DNA of 64,000 nt from Candidatus Kerfeldbacteria bacterium (lineage in GTDB: Bacteria > Patescibacteriota > Patescibacteriia > UBA10025 > JAHIVO01). Both the position numbers and the translations under genes were made by a program. A model generated the notes under the pieces. That model saw only the letters and a program-made list of their open reading frames with translations, was not told the origin of the DNA and did no database searches. Where the stretch lies: the NCBI GenBank assembly GCA_047946875.1, contig CP181398.1, positions 463,818 to 527,817 on the forward strand, given 5' to 3'. Positions 20,289 to 30,381 of the stretch are shown piece by piece (within the stretch, counting starts at the first letter, position 1; every line of letters starts with the position of its first letter).

Positions 20289-21767
20289 ATGAGTAGACTA
20301 GAAGAAGAATATTCGACAAGAAAAGAAAAATTAAACAAGCTAAAAAGTACTGATACTAATCCTTTTCCTGCAAAAGTTGAAAGAACTCACACAGTTAATA
20401 ATGCTTTAATGAATTTTGACCAGCTAGCAAAAAAAGATGCTACTATTTTTTTAGTTGGTAGATTAAAAAGTATTAGGTTACATGGAGGTTCGTGTTTTGC
20501 AAACATAGATGATGGATCTGATGCAATCCAAATATATATCAAAAAGGATATTGTAGGTGATGATAAATATAATGATTTCAAAGACTTATTTGACATAGGT
20601 GATTTTATTGAAGTAAATGGTAAATTATCACTTACTAAGAGAGGAGAAAAAACATTATTAGTATCTTCCTTCAGAATACTAACTAAATCATTACTACCTT
20701 TACCAGAAAAATGGCATGGTTTGTCTGATATAGAAATAAGATATAGAAAAAGATACCTTGATTTGATTTCTAATCCCGAAGTCAAAGATATATTTAAAAA
20801 ACGATTTGAAATAATTAAAACAATACGTGAATTTTTAGACGATGACGGTTTTATAGAGGTTGAAACACCGATTTTACAAGCAATACCTGGAGGCGCTAAT
20901 GCCAGACCTTTTTCTACTCACCACAACGCTTTAGATACAAATTTTTTTCTTAGAATTGCACCAGAATTATATCTCAAACGATTGATTATTGGTGGAATGG
21001 AAAAAGTGTATGAAATTTCTCGATGTTTTAGAAATGAAGGTATTGATAAAAATCATAATCCAGAATTTACACAAGTAGAGTTTTATGCTGCTTATTGGGA
21101 TTATGAAAAAATGATGAACTTTACAGAACAACTTCTTGAAAAAATAGTCATGAAAGTTCATGGAAAACTAACTTTTGAATTCGAAGGTAAAGAATTAAAT
21201 TTCACTCCACCATTTAATAAAATTTCATTTGCCGATGCATGTGTTAAATATGCAAAAATTGATATCGATAAATTAGATCATGACGGATTATTCAAAGAAG
21301 CAAAGAAATATAAACTTGACGTAGATAAATCTTTTAATAAAGCAAAGATATTAGATGAAATATTTAAGGATTTGGTAAGACCATATTTAATTCAACCAAC
21401 ATTTGTTACTGATCATCCATTAGAGTTATCACCATTAGCAAAGAAAAAAGAAGGTAATAAAAATTACGTTGAAAGATTTCAGATAGTTGTAGGTGGTTCC
21501 GTAGAATTGTGTAATGCCTTTTCCGAATTAAATGATCCAATTGATCAGGCAGAAAGATTTGATAATCAGGAAAAAATGCGTTCAGGTGGAGATGATGAAG
21601 CGCAAAGAATCGATAAGGATTTTATTGAAGCCTTAGAACATGGAATGCCTCCAACATCAGGGATCGGCATAGGTATTGATAGACTGACAGCCTTGTTAAT
21701 TGATTCGCATAACTTAAAAGAGGTTATATTATTCCCAACACTTAAACCAAAAAAAGAAAATGAATAA
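20289..21767 (+). CDS. lysS: Lysyl-tRNA synthetase, class II
   Basis: The N-terminal OB anticodon-binding region and class II motifs (EISRCFRNEG, ...GIGIGIDRL) are present. It is 492 aa. Confidence 0.9.
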   Translation: MSRLEEEYSTRKEKLNKLKSTDTNPFPAKVERTHTVNNALMNFDQLAKKDATIFLVGRLKSIRLHGGSCFANIDDGSDAIQIYIKKDIVGDDKYNDFKDLFDIGDFIEVNGKLSLTKRGEKTLLVSSFRILTKSLLPLPEKWHGLSDIEIRYRKRYLDLISNPEVKDIFKKRFEIIKTIREFLDDDGFIEVETPILQAIPGGANARPFSTHHNALDTNFFLRIAPELYLKRLIIGGMEKVYEISRCFRNEGIDKNHNPEFTQVEFYAAYWDYEKMMNFTEQLLEKIVMKVHGKLTFEFEGKELNFTPPFNKISFADACVKYAKIDIDKLDHDGLFKEAKKYKLDVDKSFNKAKILDEIFKDLVRPYLIQPTFVTDHPLELSPLAKKKEGNKNYVERFQIVVGGSVELCNAFSELNDPIDQAERFDNQEKMRSGGDDEAQRIDKDFIEALEHGMPPTSGIGIGIDRLTALLIDSHNLKEVILFPTLKPKKENE

Positions 21768-22320
21768 CATTAATAGAGTTGATGCAATCCAGTTATTAAA
21801 TAAATATGTAAAGAATGAAAATCTAAAGAAACATATGTTTGCAGTTGAATCAGCTATGAGATGCTATGCAAAACATTTTAATGAGGATGAAGATTGGTGG
21901 GGATTGGTTGGCTTATTACATGATTTTGATTACGAAAAATATCCTGATATAAAAGATCATCCAACAAAAGGTGCAGAAATATTAAGAGAAAAAGGTTATC
22001 CAGAAGACTTTATAAAAACTATTGTAGCTCATGCTCCACATACAGGTGAACCAAGAGATACATTGGTAAAAAAGACCATATTTGCAGTAGATGAATTATG
22101 CGGTTTAATAGTTGCTGTGGCATTAGTACGTCCAAACAAAAAAATATCTGAGGTAAAAGTAAAATCAGTTAAAAAGAAAATGAAAGACAAGGCTTTTGCT
22201 AGACAGGTAAATAGAGAGGAGATAATACAGGGTGCAGAAGAATTAAACAAAACAATAGATGAACATATTGAAATAGTATTAAATTCTCTAATTGTAATAG
22301 ATACAGAATTAGGTTTATAA
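21760..22320 (+). CDS. HD-domain metal-dependent phosphohydrolase
   Basis: H...HD pattern (LLHDFDYEKYPD...HPTKGAEIL...HAP). It is 186 aa. Confidence 0.55.
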   Translation: MNNINRVDAIQLLNKYVKNENLKKHMFAVESAMRCYAKHFNEDEDWWGLVGLLHDFDYEKYPDIKDHPTKGAEILREKGYPEDFIKTIVAHAPHTGEPRDTLVKKTIFAVDELCGLIVAVALVRPNKKISEVKVKSVKKKMKDKAFARQVNREEIIQGAEELNKTIDEHIEIVLNSLIVIDTELGL

Positions 22321-22336
22321 TTATTTAAGAAAATAT

Positions 22337-22801
22337 ATGGAAAACATTGATGTCATAATTAGAATAGTTGTTTCAATTGTCTTGTGTGGACTGATTGGAG
22401 CAGAAAGAAAAATATACCATAAACCTGCTGGTTTTCGTACAAATGTTTTAGTTGGGTTAGGTTCAACTTTGTTAATGATTTTAGGTATTAATATTTTTAC
22501 AGAATTTAATGATGGTAATACAGTTGATCTTACCAGATTAGCAGGACAAATAGTCACTGGCATTGGTTTTTTAGGTGCTGGTGCAATTATACAGAGTCGT
22601 GGTTCTGTTCATGGTCTAACAACAGCAGCAACTATTTGGGTTGTAGCAGCCATTGGTATGGCTGTAGGACTTGGTTTTTATTTTGAAGCAGTAGCTGTAA
22701 CTATTTCAACATTAATTGTATTAGTAATTCTTGGTAGATTTGAACATAAAATAGAAGAGGTAGTAAAACACAGTTCTGACAATAAAGATAAACTAATTTA
22801 A
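22337..22801 (+). CDS. MgtC/SapB family membrane protein
   Basis: LIGAERKI...GFRTNVLVGLGSTLLMI...GIGFLGAGAI matches the MgtC N-terminal domain. Confidence 0.7.
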   Translation: MENIDVIIRIVVSIVLCGLIGAERKIYHKPAGFRTNVLVGLGSTLLMILGINIFTEFNDGNTVDLTRLAGQIVTGIGFLGAGAIIQSRGSVHGLTTAATIWVVAAIGMAVGLGFYFEAVAVTISTLIVLVILGRFEHKIEEVVKHSSDNKDKLI

Positions 22802-22805
22802 AAAA

Positions 22806-24053
22806 ATGCTTGATATTAAATTAATTAGGGAAAATTCAGATAGTTTAGCTAAGTCTTTGGCAAAAAGAGGTGTTAAGATTAATTTTGATAATATAATAAA
22901 ACTAGATAACGAAAGAAAAGAAATTATTTTAAAAGTTGAGAAATTTAAAGAAGAACGCAATAAATATTCTAAGACCAAACCAGATACTGAAATTATAAAT
23001 AAAATGAAAAGTGTTGGTGCTAGTATTAAAGAATTGGATTTACAGTTATCTAAAACAAAAAAATTATTAAAAGATGAAATTTCAAGCATACCAAATATTC
23101 CTGCTGATGATGTGGTTGCTGGTGGTAAAGAGAATAATAAAGTATTAAAGACTTTTGGTAAAGCAAAAGACAGTGTTATTGCAAAAGACCATGTAGATAT
23201 CGGAGTTAAACTTGGGATAGTAGATTATAAAAAATCTGCCCAGATGTCCGGTAATGGTTTTTGGACATATGTAGGAGATGGGGCCTTGTTAGAATGGGCC
23301 TTGTTAAATTATTTCATTGATTTTCATCGTAGTCATTCGGAATATAAATTTATGATTCCACCTTACATGCTAAATGAAAATTCAGCATTTATATCGGGAC
23401 ATTTACCAAAATTTAAAGAGGATTTATTTTGGGTTGAAAAAGATAAATTATGTCTTAATGCCACTTCTGAAATGATGCTAGGTAATTATCATGCAAATGA
23501 AATACTAAATATTAAAGATCTCCCATTAAAATACTATGCATTTTCAACTTGTTTTCGAAGAGAGTCTGGTGCATACCGTAAAGAGGAAAGAGGAATGATA
23601 CGTGGTCATCAATTTAATAAAATTGAAATGTTTCATTTTATAAAACCAGAGGATTCGTGGACCGGGTTTGATGAATTATTAAAATATGCCGAAGAATTAG
23701 TAAATGGTTTAGATTTAGCATTTCAAACGGTTCAGTTAGCAGCTGGAGATTGTAGTGCAGCAATGGCAAAAACTGTTGATATTGAAGTTTGGATACCTTC
23801 TATGAAAACTTATAAAGAAGTATCTAGTGTCTCTAACGCACTTGATTATCAGGCAAGGCGCGGAAATATACGTTACAAAGACAAAGAAGGTAAGAATCAG
23901 TTCATTCATACTTTAAATGCTTCTGGTCTTGCTACAAGCCGTATTTTTCCTGCTATTCTAGAACAAAACTTACAGAAAGATGGATCAGTAAAAATACCTA
24001 AAGTTTTACAAAAATATATGGGCGGTGTAATCGAAATTAAACCTAAAAAATAG
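22806..24053 (+). CDS. serS: Seryl-tRNA synthetase
   Basis: N-terminal coiled-coil arm. Class II motif 2 region TCFRRESGAYRKEERGMIRGHQFNKIEMF is present. It is 415 aa. Confidence 0.9.
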   Translation: MLDIKLIRENSDSLAKSLAKRGVKINFDNIIKLDNERKEIILKVEKFKEERNKYSKTKPDTEIINKMKSVGASIKELDLQLSKTKKLLKDEISSIPNIPADDVVAGGKENNKVLKTFGKAKDSVIAKDHVDIGVKLGIVDYKKSAQMSGNGFWTYVGDGALLEWALLNYFIDFHRSHSEYKFMIPPYMLNENSAFISGHLPKFKEDLFWVEKDKLCLNATSEMMLGNYHANEILNIKDLPLKYYAFSTCFRRESGAYRKEERGMIRGHQFNKIEMFHFIKPEDSWTGFDELLKYAEELVNGLDLAFQTVQLAAGDCSAAMAKTVDIEVWIPSMKTYKEVSSVSNALDYQARRGNIRYKDKEGKNQFIHTLNASGLATSRIFPAILEQNLQKDGSVKIPKVLQKYMGGVIEIKPKK

Positions 24054-24055
24054 GT

Positions 24056-25201
24056 ATGCAAAATAATAATCATGTTAGCTGGCTAGAGATATCAAGCCAA
24101 GCTATTAAACATAATTTGAATCAAGTAAGAAAAGTAATAGATAAGAAAACTATAGTAATGCCGATAATCAAGGCCAATGCCTATGGGCATGGTTTTTTTG
24201 AAGTGGTAAGTATACTAAAGAAACTAAAGATTAAATGGTTAGGTGTTGCTAGTCTTGAAGAAGCATTAGAATTAAGAAGGCTAAATTATAAAGGACGAGT
24301 ATTAGTACTTAGTTTTTATAATCCTAATTTATTAGAAGATGCCATTGAAAATAAAATAACCCTGACAGTATATGGATATGGAGCAGCAAAACAACTAAAT
24401 AAATTATCTAAGAAATTAAAGATTAAAACATCTATACATTTTAAAATAGATACTGGGACATCAAGACTAGGATTATCTCCAGATAAAGCTATTACAGAGA
24501 TCTTAAATATTAAAAGTCTTAGTAATTTGAAATTAGAAGGTATATTTTCCCACTTAGCTGATGCTGAGAATACAAATCAAATTTTCTCGAGAAAGCAAAA
24601 CCTAGCATTTGATTATGTTGCAAAAGAGTTACAAAGAAAAGGAGTAGAAATACCTCTTAAGCACCTTGCTTGTTCAGCTTCTACTTTTCTCAATAAATCT
24701 ACTCACAAAGATATGATTCGATATGGTATTTCACTTTACGGTCTTTGGTCTATTGAAGAGAAAAAGTTTAGACAGAGATATATAAATAAGAATATTACTC
24801 TAAAACCAGTCTTATCTTGGTATACTAGAGTACTTCAAGTAAAGGAAATAAAAAAGAATTCTAACATTGGCTATGGTCAGAGTTATAAAACTAAGAAAAA
24901 AACTAAAATAGCTATAATACCTGTTGGTTATTATGATGGTTATGATAGAAAACTATCCAATAATGCCCAAGTTCTAATTAATGGTAAAAGATGTAGCGTT
25001 ATTGGGCGAGTATGTATGAATCTTACAATAATTGATGTTTCAAAAATACCTTCCATTAAACCAGGTGATATTGTAATATTAATTGGAAAGAATAAAGGAG
25101 AATATATATCAGTGGATGATCTTGCAAAAAGGATTGGAACTATTAACTATGAAGTAACAACTAGGATAAATAATAATATTCCTAGATTAATAATTAACTA
25201 A
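24056..25201 (+). CDS. alr: Alanine racemase
   Basis: PLP-lysine region VMPIIKANAYGHG is present, followed by a C-terminal beta domain. It is 381 aa. Confidence 0.85.
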   Translation: MQNNNHVSWLEISSQAIKHNLNQVRKVIDKKTIVMPIIKANAYGHGFFEVVSILKKLKIKWLGVASLEEALELRRLNYKGRVLVLSFYNPNLLEDAIENKITLTVYGYGAAKQLNKLSKKLKIKTSIHFKIDTGTSRLGLSPDKAITEILNIKSLSNLKLEGIFSHLADAENTNQIFSRKQNLAFDYVAKELQRKGVEIPLKHLACSASTFLNKSTHKDMIRYGISLYGLWSIEEKKFRQRYINKNITLKPVLSWYTRVLQVKEIKKNSNIGYGQSYKTKKKTKIAIIPVGYYDGYDRKLSNNAQVLINGKRCSVIGRVCMNLTIIDVSKIPSIKPGDIVILIGKNKGEYISVDDLAKRIGTINYEVTTRINNNIPRLIIN

Positions 25202-25207
25202 AAATAT

Positions 25208-25405
25208 ATGAGTGATTATAGCAAAGGAGATGTAGTAGATGAAGCAGGGAAATATGTATGTGTACCTTGTGGATTTCACCATGAGTATAAAATAGGGGAC
25301 GTTTTTGGGGAATGCACCTCTTGTTTAGCTGGTTCTAAGGATGGTCATGAAGATTATGTAGAGGGGACTGGTATTTGGGAAAAAGAGACTTCTAAACAAA
25401 CCTAA
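25208..25405 (+). CDS. Small zinc-ribbon protein
   Basis: 65 aa with CVPC...CTSC paired CxxC motifs. Confidence 0.35.
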   Translation: MSDYSKGDVVDEAGKYVCVPCGFHHEYKIGDVFGECTSCLAGSKDGHEDYVEGTGIWEKETSKQT

Positions 25406-25476
25406 GAGTAATTATTTAAACAAGATAGTTTAGTATTTTGCGACACCTTATTACTTATTAATCTTATTATACCCAA

Positions 25477-26331
25477 ATGCGTTGGAATTTTCGAAATAAA
25501 AAAATTGAAGAGAATTCAGAATCTGAAAAAAAACCATCCTTTAAAAATCCATTATTTATTAAATCAGATACTTGGAAGGATTTTATTATAGAGAATAAAG
25601 AGCTTATTGGATTAATGTTGTTATTGATTATCAGTATAATCATATATTTAATATTATATTCTTCTATATTCAAAATAAACAAAGTGGAATTAATCGGTTT
25701 TGATAAAATTTCTGCAAAGACAATTTCCAAAGAATATATAGGAACTCAGCTTAATAATTATAGACTATTGTTATTTAGACAAGATAATATTTTACTTTTT
25801 AACAAAGAAGATTTTGTTAGAAATATAAACAACAATTATAGTTTAGAAAGCATAAATATTGATAAAAAATTTCCTCATACTTTAATCATTACCATTCAAG
25901 AAAAAAGTCCTTTTCTAATATATAGTACGAATAATTCTAAATTTTATTTAGACGAAAATGGAATAATATCATCAAAAATAACTGACGATACAGATAACGA
26001 TAAAATAACTATAATAACAAATGATGCCAATGAGGAAGCATCTGCAAACGAAACTATATTTTCTAACGATAAAATTGTATTTATACTAAATGTAGTTGAA
26101 AAATTACCAAAAATCGATAGCATTAATGTAACTTCATATTCAATACCTAACAAAATTAGTTACCAACTTAATGTAAATGTAGAACAAGGATACTCAATAT
26201 ATTTTGATATGAATAAAGATATAAACGAACAAACAAATAAACTTCGTAGAATATTAGATGAATCAGAATCTGGTGACGCACCAACTGAATATATTGATCT
26301 AAGAATAGGTGAAAGAGTATATATAAAATAA
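25477..26331 (+). CDS. FtsQ/DivIB-like (POTRA) cell-division protein, single N-terminal TM
   Basis: Basic cytoplasmic N-terminus and one TM helix, followed by a region that begins like a POTRA domain (VELIGFDKISAKTISKEY...NYRLLLFRQDNI). The arrangement resembles FtsQ. Confidence 0.4.
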   Translation: MRWNFRNKKIEENSESEKKPSFKNPLFIKSDTWKDFIIENKELIGLMLLLIISIIIYLILYSSIFKINKVELIGFDKISAKTISKEYIGTQLNNYRLLLFRQDNILLFNKEDFVRNINNNYSLESINIDKKFPHTLIITIQEKSPFLIYSTNNSKFYLDENGIISSKITDDTDNDKITIITNDANEEASANETIFSNDKIVFILNVVEKLPKIDSINVTSYSIPNKISYQLNVNVEQGYSIYFDMNKDINEQTNKLRRILDESESGDAPTEYIDLRIGERVYIK

Positions 26332-26348
26332 ATTTAATTGCATAAAAA

Positions 26349-26786
26349 ATGATCCTTTTATCTCATGTTGTAACTGGGGCAGTTATTGGAGAAAAACTAA
26401 ACAACCCCTTTTTAATTTCTGCTATTGGACTTGCTTCGCATTATATTCTTGATAGAGTCTTACATTGGAACTATAAAGTACCAGGTAGTTTTAGTACATG
26501 GAAATTCATGCGAATTCTTCCAGATATAATTCCCAGTATACTGGTTTATTTATTTTTTATTTTTTCATATCCAGAAAAATGGTTTGAAATTAGTTTAGGA
26601 GTTGCCTTTGCAATCATGCCAGATTTTGCAACTTTATTTTCATATATTCCTTATATAAAAAAATTGTATAAACCTTTACATAAATTACACAAGAAAATAC
26701 AGTCTGAAACAACAAATGTTTTTTTAGGTCTTACAACACAAATACTATACATTGCTTTTTTATTATTAATATTTAAATATTTTTAA
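26349..26786 (+). CDS. Hypothetical polytopic membrane protein
   Basis: 145-aa hydrophobic ORF, 3 nt upstream of the nuclease gene and probably in an operon with it. Confidence 0.35.
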   Translation: MILLSHVVTGAVIGEKLNNPFLISAIGLASHYILDRVLHWNYKVPGSFSTWKFMRILPDIIPSILVYLFFIFSYPEKWFEISLGVAFAIMPDFATLFSYIPYIKKLYKPLHKLHKKIQSETTNVFLGLTTQILYIAFLLLIFKYF

Positions 26787-26789
26787 AAT

Positions 26790-27455
26790 ATGCCAACAAC
26801 TAAAAAAAAGATCTGGTTGTCTGCTACAGGCCTAGGTGCACTTAAAAGATGCCCCAGGTGTTTTTGGATTCAATATCATCATAAATTACGACAACCAGAG
26901 GGAATAGTTTCTCGTCTAGCAAATAGATTTGATGGGGTAATTAAAAGTTATTTTGATATATATCGTCCATTAGGAGAGCTTCCACCTATGATAGAAGGGG
27001 AAGTAGATGGTAAATTACAACATCCATTTCAAGAGGTGTATTTTTATCATCATGACAAAGATTATGGTATGATGGGCAAATTGGATGAATGTTTAGTAAG
27101 AGATGATGGAAAATACACTCCTGTCGATCATAAAACATCAAGTTCTGACCCAAACACAAGAACAATGATACCTGCATATCAAACACAACTTGACGTCTAT
27201 GCATTTTTACTTGAACAAAACCAAAGACCTTCAAGTGGCATTGGACATCTAATATATTTCTATCCAACAGAAGGCAAAGAACTTCACACAGGATTCCCAA
27301 TGCAAGTTACAATAAAAACTTTAAAAACATATACTGAAAATGCTAAAAAAGAATTTATTAAAGCAATTACAATTTTAGATAATCCAATGCCAAAACCATC
27401 TACCAAGTGCGCATTCTGTACATGGCACGAAGAAATAGGTAAGTATATAAAATAA
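26790..27455 (+). CDS. PD-(D/E)XK nuclease, Cas4/RecB-like with terminal cysteine pairs
   Basis: N-terminal CPRC and C-terminal CAFC fit an Fe-S ligand pattern. An internal ...VDHKTSS... fits the D/E...K core. It is standalone, with no cas genes nearby. Confidence 0.5.
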   Translation: MPTTKKKIWLSATGLGALKRCPRCFWIQYHHKLRQPEGIVSRLANRFDGVIKSYFDIYRPLGELPPMIEGEVDGKLQHPFQEVYFYHHDKDYGMMGKLDECLVRDDGKYTPVDHKTSSSDPNTRTMIPAYQTQLDVYAFLLEQNQRPSSGIGHLIYFYPTEGKELHTGFPMQVTIKTLKTYTENAKKEFIKAITILDNPMPKPSTKCAFCTWHEEIGKYIK

Positions 27456-27483
27456 TAATTGATTAATATATAAATTAATCTAA

Positions 27484-27520
27484 ACAAAAAGACCCTCTAA
27501 AAATAGAGGGTCTTTTCTCA
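27484..27520. terminator. Bidirectional rho-independent terminator between convergent genes
   Basis: AAAAAGACCCTCTAAAAATAGAGGGTCTTTTC is a perfect 8-bp stem flanked by A- and T-runs. It lies between the 26790-27455 (+) gene and hup (-). Confidence 0.7.
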
Positions 27521-27527
27521 ATAAGCT

Positions 27528-27809
27528 TTATAAAACTACTTCTTTAGCAGCTTTTGCTACTCTAAACTTAACTACAGTCTTAGCTGCAATTTGGATAGTT
27601 TCGCCAGTAGCTGGGTTTCTTCCCATTCTTGCATTACGATGTTTCTTTACTAATTTACCAATTCCTGGGAATGTGAATTCACCATTGGTTTTAACTTCGT
27701 TGTATGCTGTCTCAGTAATTAACTCCATGAAAGCAATTACGTCTTTCTTGGGCATTTCTGACTTCTCGGATAGATAAGTCATCAATTGAGACTTGGTCAT
27801 TTTGGCCAT
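27528..27809 (-). CDS. hup: Histone-like DNA-binding protein HU
   Basis: MAKMTKSQLMTYLSEK...GEFTFPGIGKLVKKHRNARMGRNPATGETIQIAAKTVVKFR is the HU/IHF fold signature. It is 93 aa. Confidence 0.9.
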   Translation of the reverse strand: MAKMTKSQLMTYLSEKSEMPKKDVIAFMELITETAYNEVKTNGEFTFPGIGKLVKKHRNARMGRNPATGETIQIAAKTVVKFRVAKAAKEVVL

Positions 27810-27983
27810 GTTGTTTTGTCCTTAATTAATTAGCTTATTAAATAACACTTTCTTGATAACATTATAGCAGATAGCTATTTAAAAGACCAGTGTTTATAGG
27901 GGTTTTATGACAGTGGATAAGTTATTAGCTAATGTTAGCTTAAATACGACTATTATTACAAAAAACCTCCTTAAAATATAGGA

Positions 27984-28013
27984 AAAATAAAAGTCGGGGA
28001 TTAGTCCGACTTT
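27984..28013 (-). terminator. Rho-independent terminator downstream of 28020-28310
   Basis: AAGTCGG...CCGACTT forms a 7-bp stem. It is followed on the minus strand by a T-rich run. Confidence 0.5.
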
Positions 28014-28019
28014 CTAAAA

Positions 28020-28310
28020 TTAATACATGAAACATTCTACTGCAATGCTGATTATTAAAACAGCAAAAGCAATAGTTCTTCTTTTTATCGCTTTTTTATG
28101 ATAACACCAGTACATTGCTTGAGTGGATATGACTTCCTCTTTCATAAACTTAGTAGAAGCAGATTTTATTCGCTTCCAAAAGGAATCAATTTCTGATTCT
28201 TTCTGATCTGGTGCTAATTTAACAATAAATGCATTATATGCAAATTTGTTAAATTTATTCACTCTAAATGAAAGAATGAAGAAAATTATTAAACCGACTA
28301 AAAAGTACAT
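28020..28310 (-). CDS. Small hypothetical membrane protein
   Basis: 96 aa with an N-terminal TM helix and a second hydrophobic segment. Confidence 0.35.
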   Translation of the reverse strand: MYFLVGLIIFFILSFRVNKFNKFAYNAFIVKLAPDQKESEIDSFWKRIKSASTKFMKEEVISTQAMYWCYHKKAIKRRTIAFAVLIISIAVECFMY

Positions 28311-28442
28311 ACTACCTCCATATTTTGTTTTTTTATTAACAAATTAGATTAGCATTATTAAACTCCCTTGTCAATAATAAATATATTGCCATCATATCAT
28401 AGTTATAATATACTATAATCATTAATAATTAATATTAAAACA

Positions 28443-28694
28443 ATGACAAACAACAATTCACTTAAAGAAGAATTAAAAGTATCAGGCGACCAGCTTGTAG
28501 CTACAGTAAAAAAACTTGTAAAAGAAGCAAACGTCCGAAGACTTATCATAAAAAATGAAAAAGGTGAGCAACTAATTGTCATACCTGTTTCTGCAGCAAC
28601 TGTTGGTGTAATATTATTACCAGTCTTAGCTGCTCTAGGTGCACTCGCTGCTATGGTAACCAATTGCACTATCGAAGTAGAAAAAATTAAATAA
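28443..28694 (+). CDS. Small hypothetical protein with C-terminal hydrophobic segment (DUF4342-like)
   Basis: 83 aa. ...IVIPVSAATVGVILLPVLAALGALAAMVTNCTIEVEK resembles DUF4342-type small proteins. That comparison is from memory. Confidence 0.35.
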   Translation: MTNNNSLKEELKVSGDQLVATVKKLVKEANVRRLIIKNEKGEQLIVIPVSAATVGVILLPVLAALGALAAMVTNCTIEVEKIK

Positions 28695-28973
28695 TAACAA
28701 TAACCATAGATTGTAAAAGGGGAATCTGTGATTTTATTATTGACAATATTATAATCCTATAGTAAATTATTCGAATACAAGGATATTTAATTTTTTGGAG
28801 GGGCACATGTTTAGACTGTATGTCATGCAAATGTTTTTGAGAATGTACTACAGAATACTGTATGCAAATCAAAATACGACATCAAGTTTTCTCCAAGGAA
28901 AGAGAGGAAAAAACACATTACACAAAGGTGGTAGGCCTGATACGAAAGCCAAAGGAAGAAAGAGGAATTATTA

Positions 28974-29255
28974 ATGCTAATAAAATTTCTAAAATTCTTT
29001 GTCTGGGCGTTAGTACTATTGTCCATAATAGGAACGATCAATATACTAATTACAGGAAAGGGAATTATCACAGGAGAAGAAAAATCCCTGCTTGATAAGA
29101 TTGTCTGTATTATTCTAGATTTAATTCTAATCGGATTGAGTCTAATCCTATCTATCAAAAGATGGCATGAATACTACTATGACTTTGTTACTGACAAGTG
29201 GTGTGATTTCAAGTGGTTCATTGAAGAAAAATTCAACACCCTACGAAAAGGATAA
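28974..29255 (+). CDS. Small hypothetical membrane protein
   Basis: 93 aa with two TM helices. It is preceded by SD AGAGGA, and terminator 29274-29306 follows it. I preferred it over the overlapping ORFs 28862-29095 and 28823-29158. Confidence 0.4.
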   Translation: MLIKFLKFFVWALVLLSIIGTINILITGKGIITGEEKSLLDKIVCIILDLILIGLSLILSIKRWHEYYYDFVTDKWCDFKWFIEEKFNTLRKG

Positions 29256-29273
29256 AAAAAGAATAAAAACTTT

Positions 29274-29306
29274 GGCGCAGATAAATTTAAATCTGCGTCT
29301 TTTTTA
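29274..29306 (+). terminator. Rho-independent terminator
   Basis: GCGCAGATAAATTTAAATCTGCG hairpin followed by TCTTTTTTATTT. Confidence 0.6.
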
Positions 29307-29380
29307 TTTATATATATTTGTAACTTCTTACAAAACAGGGTAAGCTAATACAAAATGTTATTTCACAAAAGGAGGTCAAT

Positions 29381-29707
29381 ATGTATATCGAGACTGTTAT
29401 GCAACCAGAAGCTGCAAATATTATATGCAACAGCGAAGTTACTGTAGTTACATATATAGCAAACGATATGTGTACTGGCATTATTAAATCACAAAGTGAT
29501 AAATCAGAACTTTTGCGAATAGATATCAATGGCGGAACGACTGATGAAATGAACCTCGCTATGACCTCAATACTTAAAACTGTTCACTCACATGTGAATA
29601 GTGGTTCATGGGATGGAGGACCAATCGACATCCGTCTCGATACTGAGACTTCGGTTGCCGATGCACTAAGGCAAAATGGAGTCGTTATCATAAAAGACGA
29701 CATGTAA
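29381..29707 (+). CDS. Hypothetical protein (GC-elevated, island)
   Basis: 108 aa. A strong SD AAGGAGG lies 8 nt upstream, and a terminator follows at 29716-29747. Its GC is higher than that of the core genes. Confidence 0.45.
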   Translation: MYIETVMQPEAANIICNSEVTVVTYIANDMCTGIIKSQSDKSELLRIDINGGTTDEMNLAMTSILKTVHSHVNSGSWDGGPIDIRLDTETSVADALRQNGVVIIKDDM

Positions 29708-29715
29708 TATATATA

Positions 29716-29747
29716 AGTGTAAGGATTAATTCTTTACACTTTTTTAT
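29716..29747 (+). terminator. Rho-independent terminator
   Basis: AGTGTAAGGATTAATTCTTTACACT hairpin followed by a TTTTTTATTT run. Confidence 0.6.
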
Positions 29748-29811
29748 TTGATATTTCAAACTATTACTAAAAAGACAAATTCTTATCTTTGAACTTTCAA
29801 ATACAAACCAA

Positions 29812-29843
29812 TAAAAAAGAGGCGACTCAGGTGAGTGCCTCTT
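29812..29843 (-). terminator. Rho-independent terminator downstream of 29854-30381
   Basis: AGAGGCGACTCAGGTGAGTGCCTCT hairpin preceded on the plus strand by AAAAAA, which is a U-run on the minus strand. Confidence 0.55.
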
Positions 29844-29853
29844 GATAGAAAAA

Positions 29854-30381
29854 CTATTTTCCTACTATAGATGAAAGACCATATACAGCCCAAATTGGCA
29901 GATCACCCTTGAAATGAATCTTTACACTGAGGTTGCTTAACTCTGGCATACGAGCGAACTCTTTGATAACAAAGCCAAGTTTATTAACATAAGCTTCGCC
30001 ATTATCACATTCCCAATGTTGAGAGCCAGACAACTCAATAACTTGACATATATCATCACCGCGATCGGTAATATTACATTCAAACTGAGCGCCGCCCCAT
30101 TTAAAACATAGATCCAGCACCATAGAAAAAAACTTTTTATTTTCTTTTTCTTCTTGAATCAACAACAAGTAAGGTTCTTTGTCTGGGCTGGTCAATATAT
30201 GAACTATTGAATAGCTACAACTATCATATTCAAACTGAACCTCGACCGGTCCCATCATCCAAGCAGGGATACTCAATTCATCATATTCTGCTGAGGTGAC
30301 TGTAATCTCGTCTATAGCAAATACTGTACTTGCCAACAACAAGGTTAAAACAAACGCAAATGCAATTTTCAATGCCTTCAT
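29854..30381 (-). CDS. Secreted hypothetical protein (signal peptide, Cys-containing)
   Basis: 175 aa. The N-terminus MKALKIAFAFVLTLLLASTVFA is a cleavable signal peptide, followed by an acidic Cys-containing domain. Its GC is higher than that of the core genes. Confidence 0.5.
   Translation of the reverse strand: MKALKIAFAFVLTLLLASTVFAIDEITVTSAEYDELSIPAWMMGPVEVQFEYDSCSYSIVHILTSPDKEPYLLLIQEEKENKKFFSMVLDLCFKWGGAQFECNITDRGDDICQVIELSGSQHWECDNGEAYVNKLGFVIKEFARMPELSNLSVKIHFKGDLPIWAVYGLSSIVGK

Noticed and set aside
28823-29158. ORFs 28862-29095 (+) and 28823-29158 (-) from the six-frame track
   Set aside because: They overlap each other and 28974-29255. Only 28974-29255 has a Shine-Dalgarno site (AGAGGA), a hydrophobic and plausible product, and a downstream terminator. 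I treat the others as spurious.
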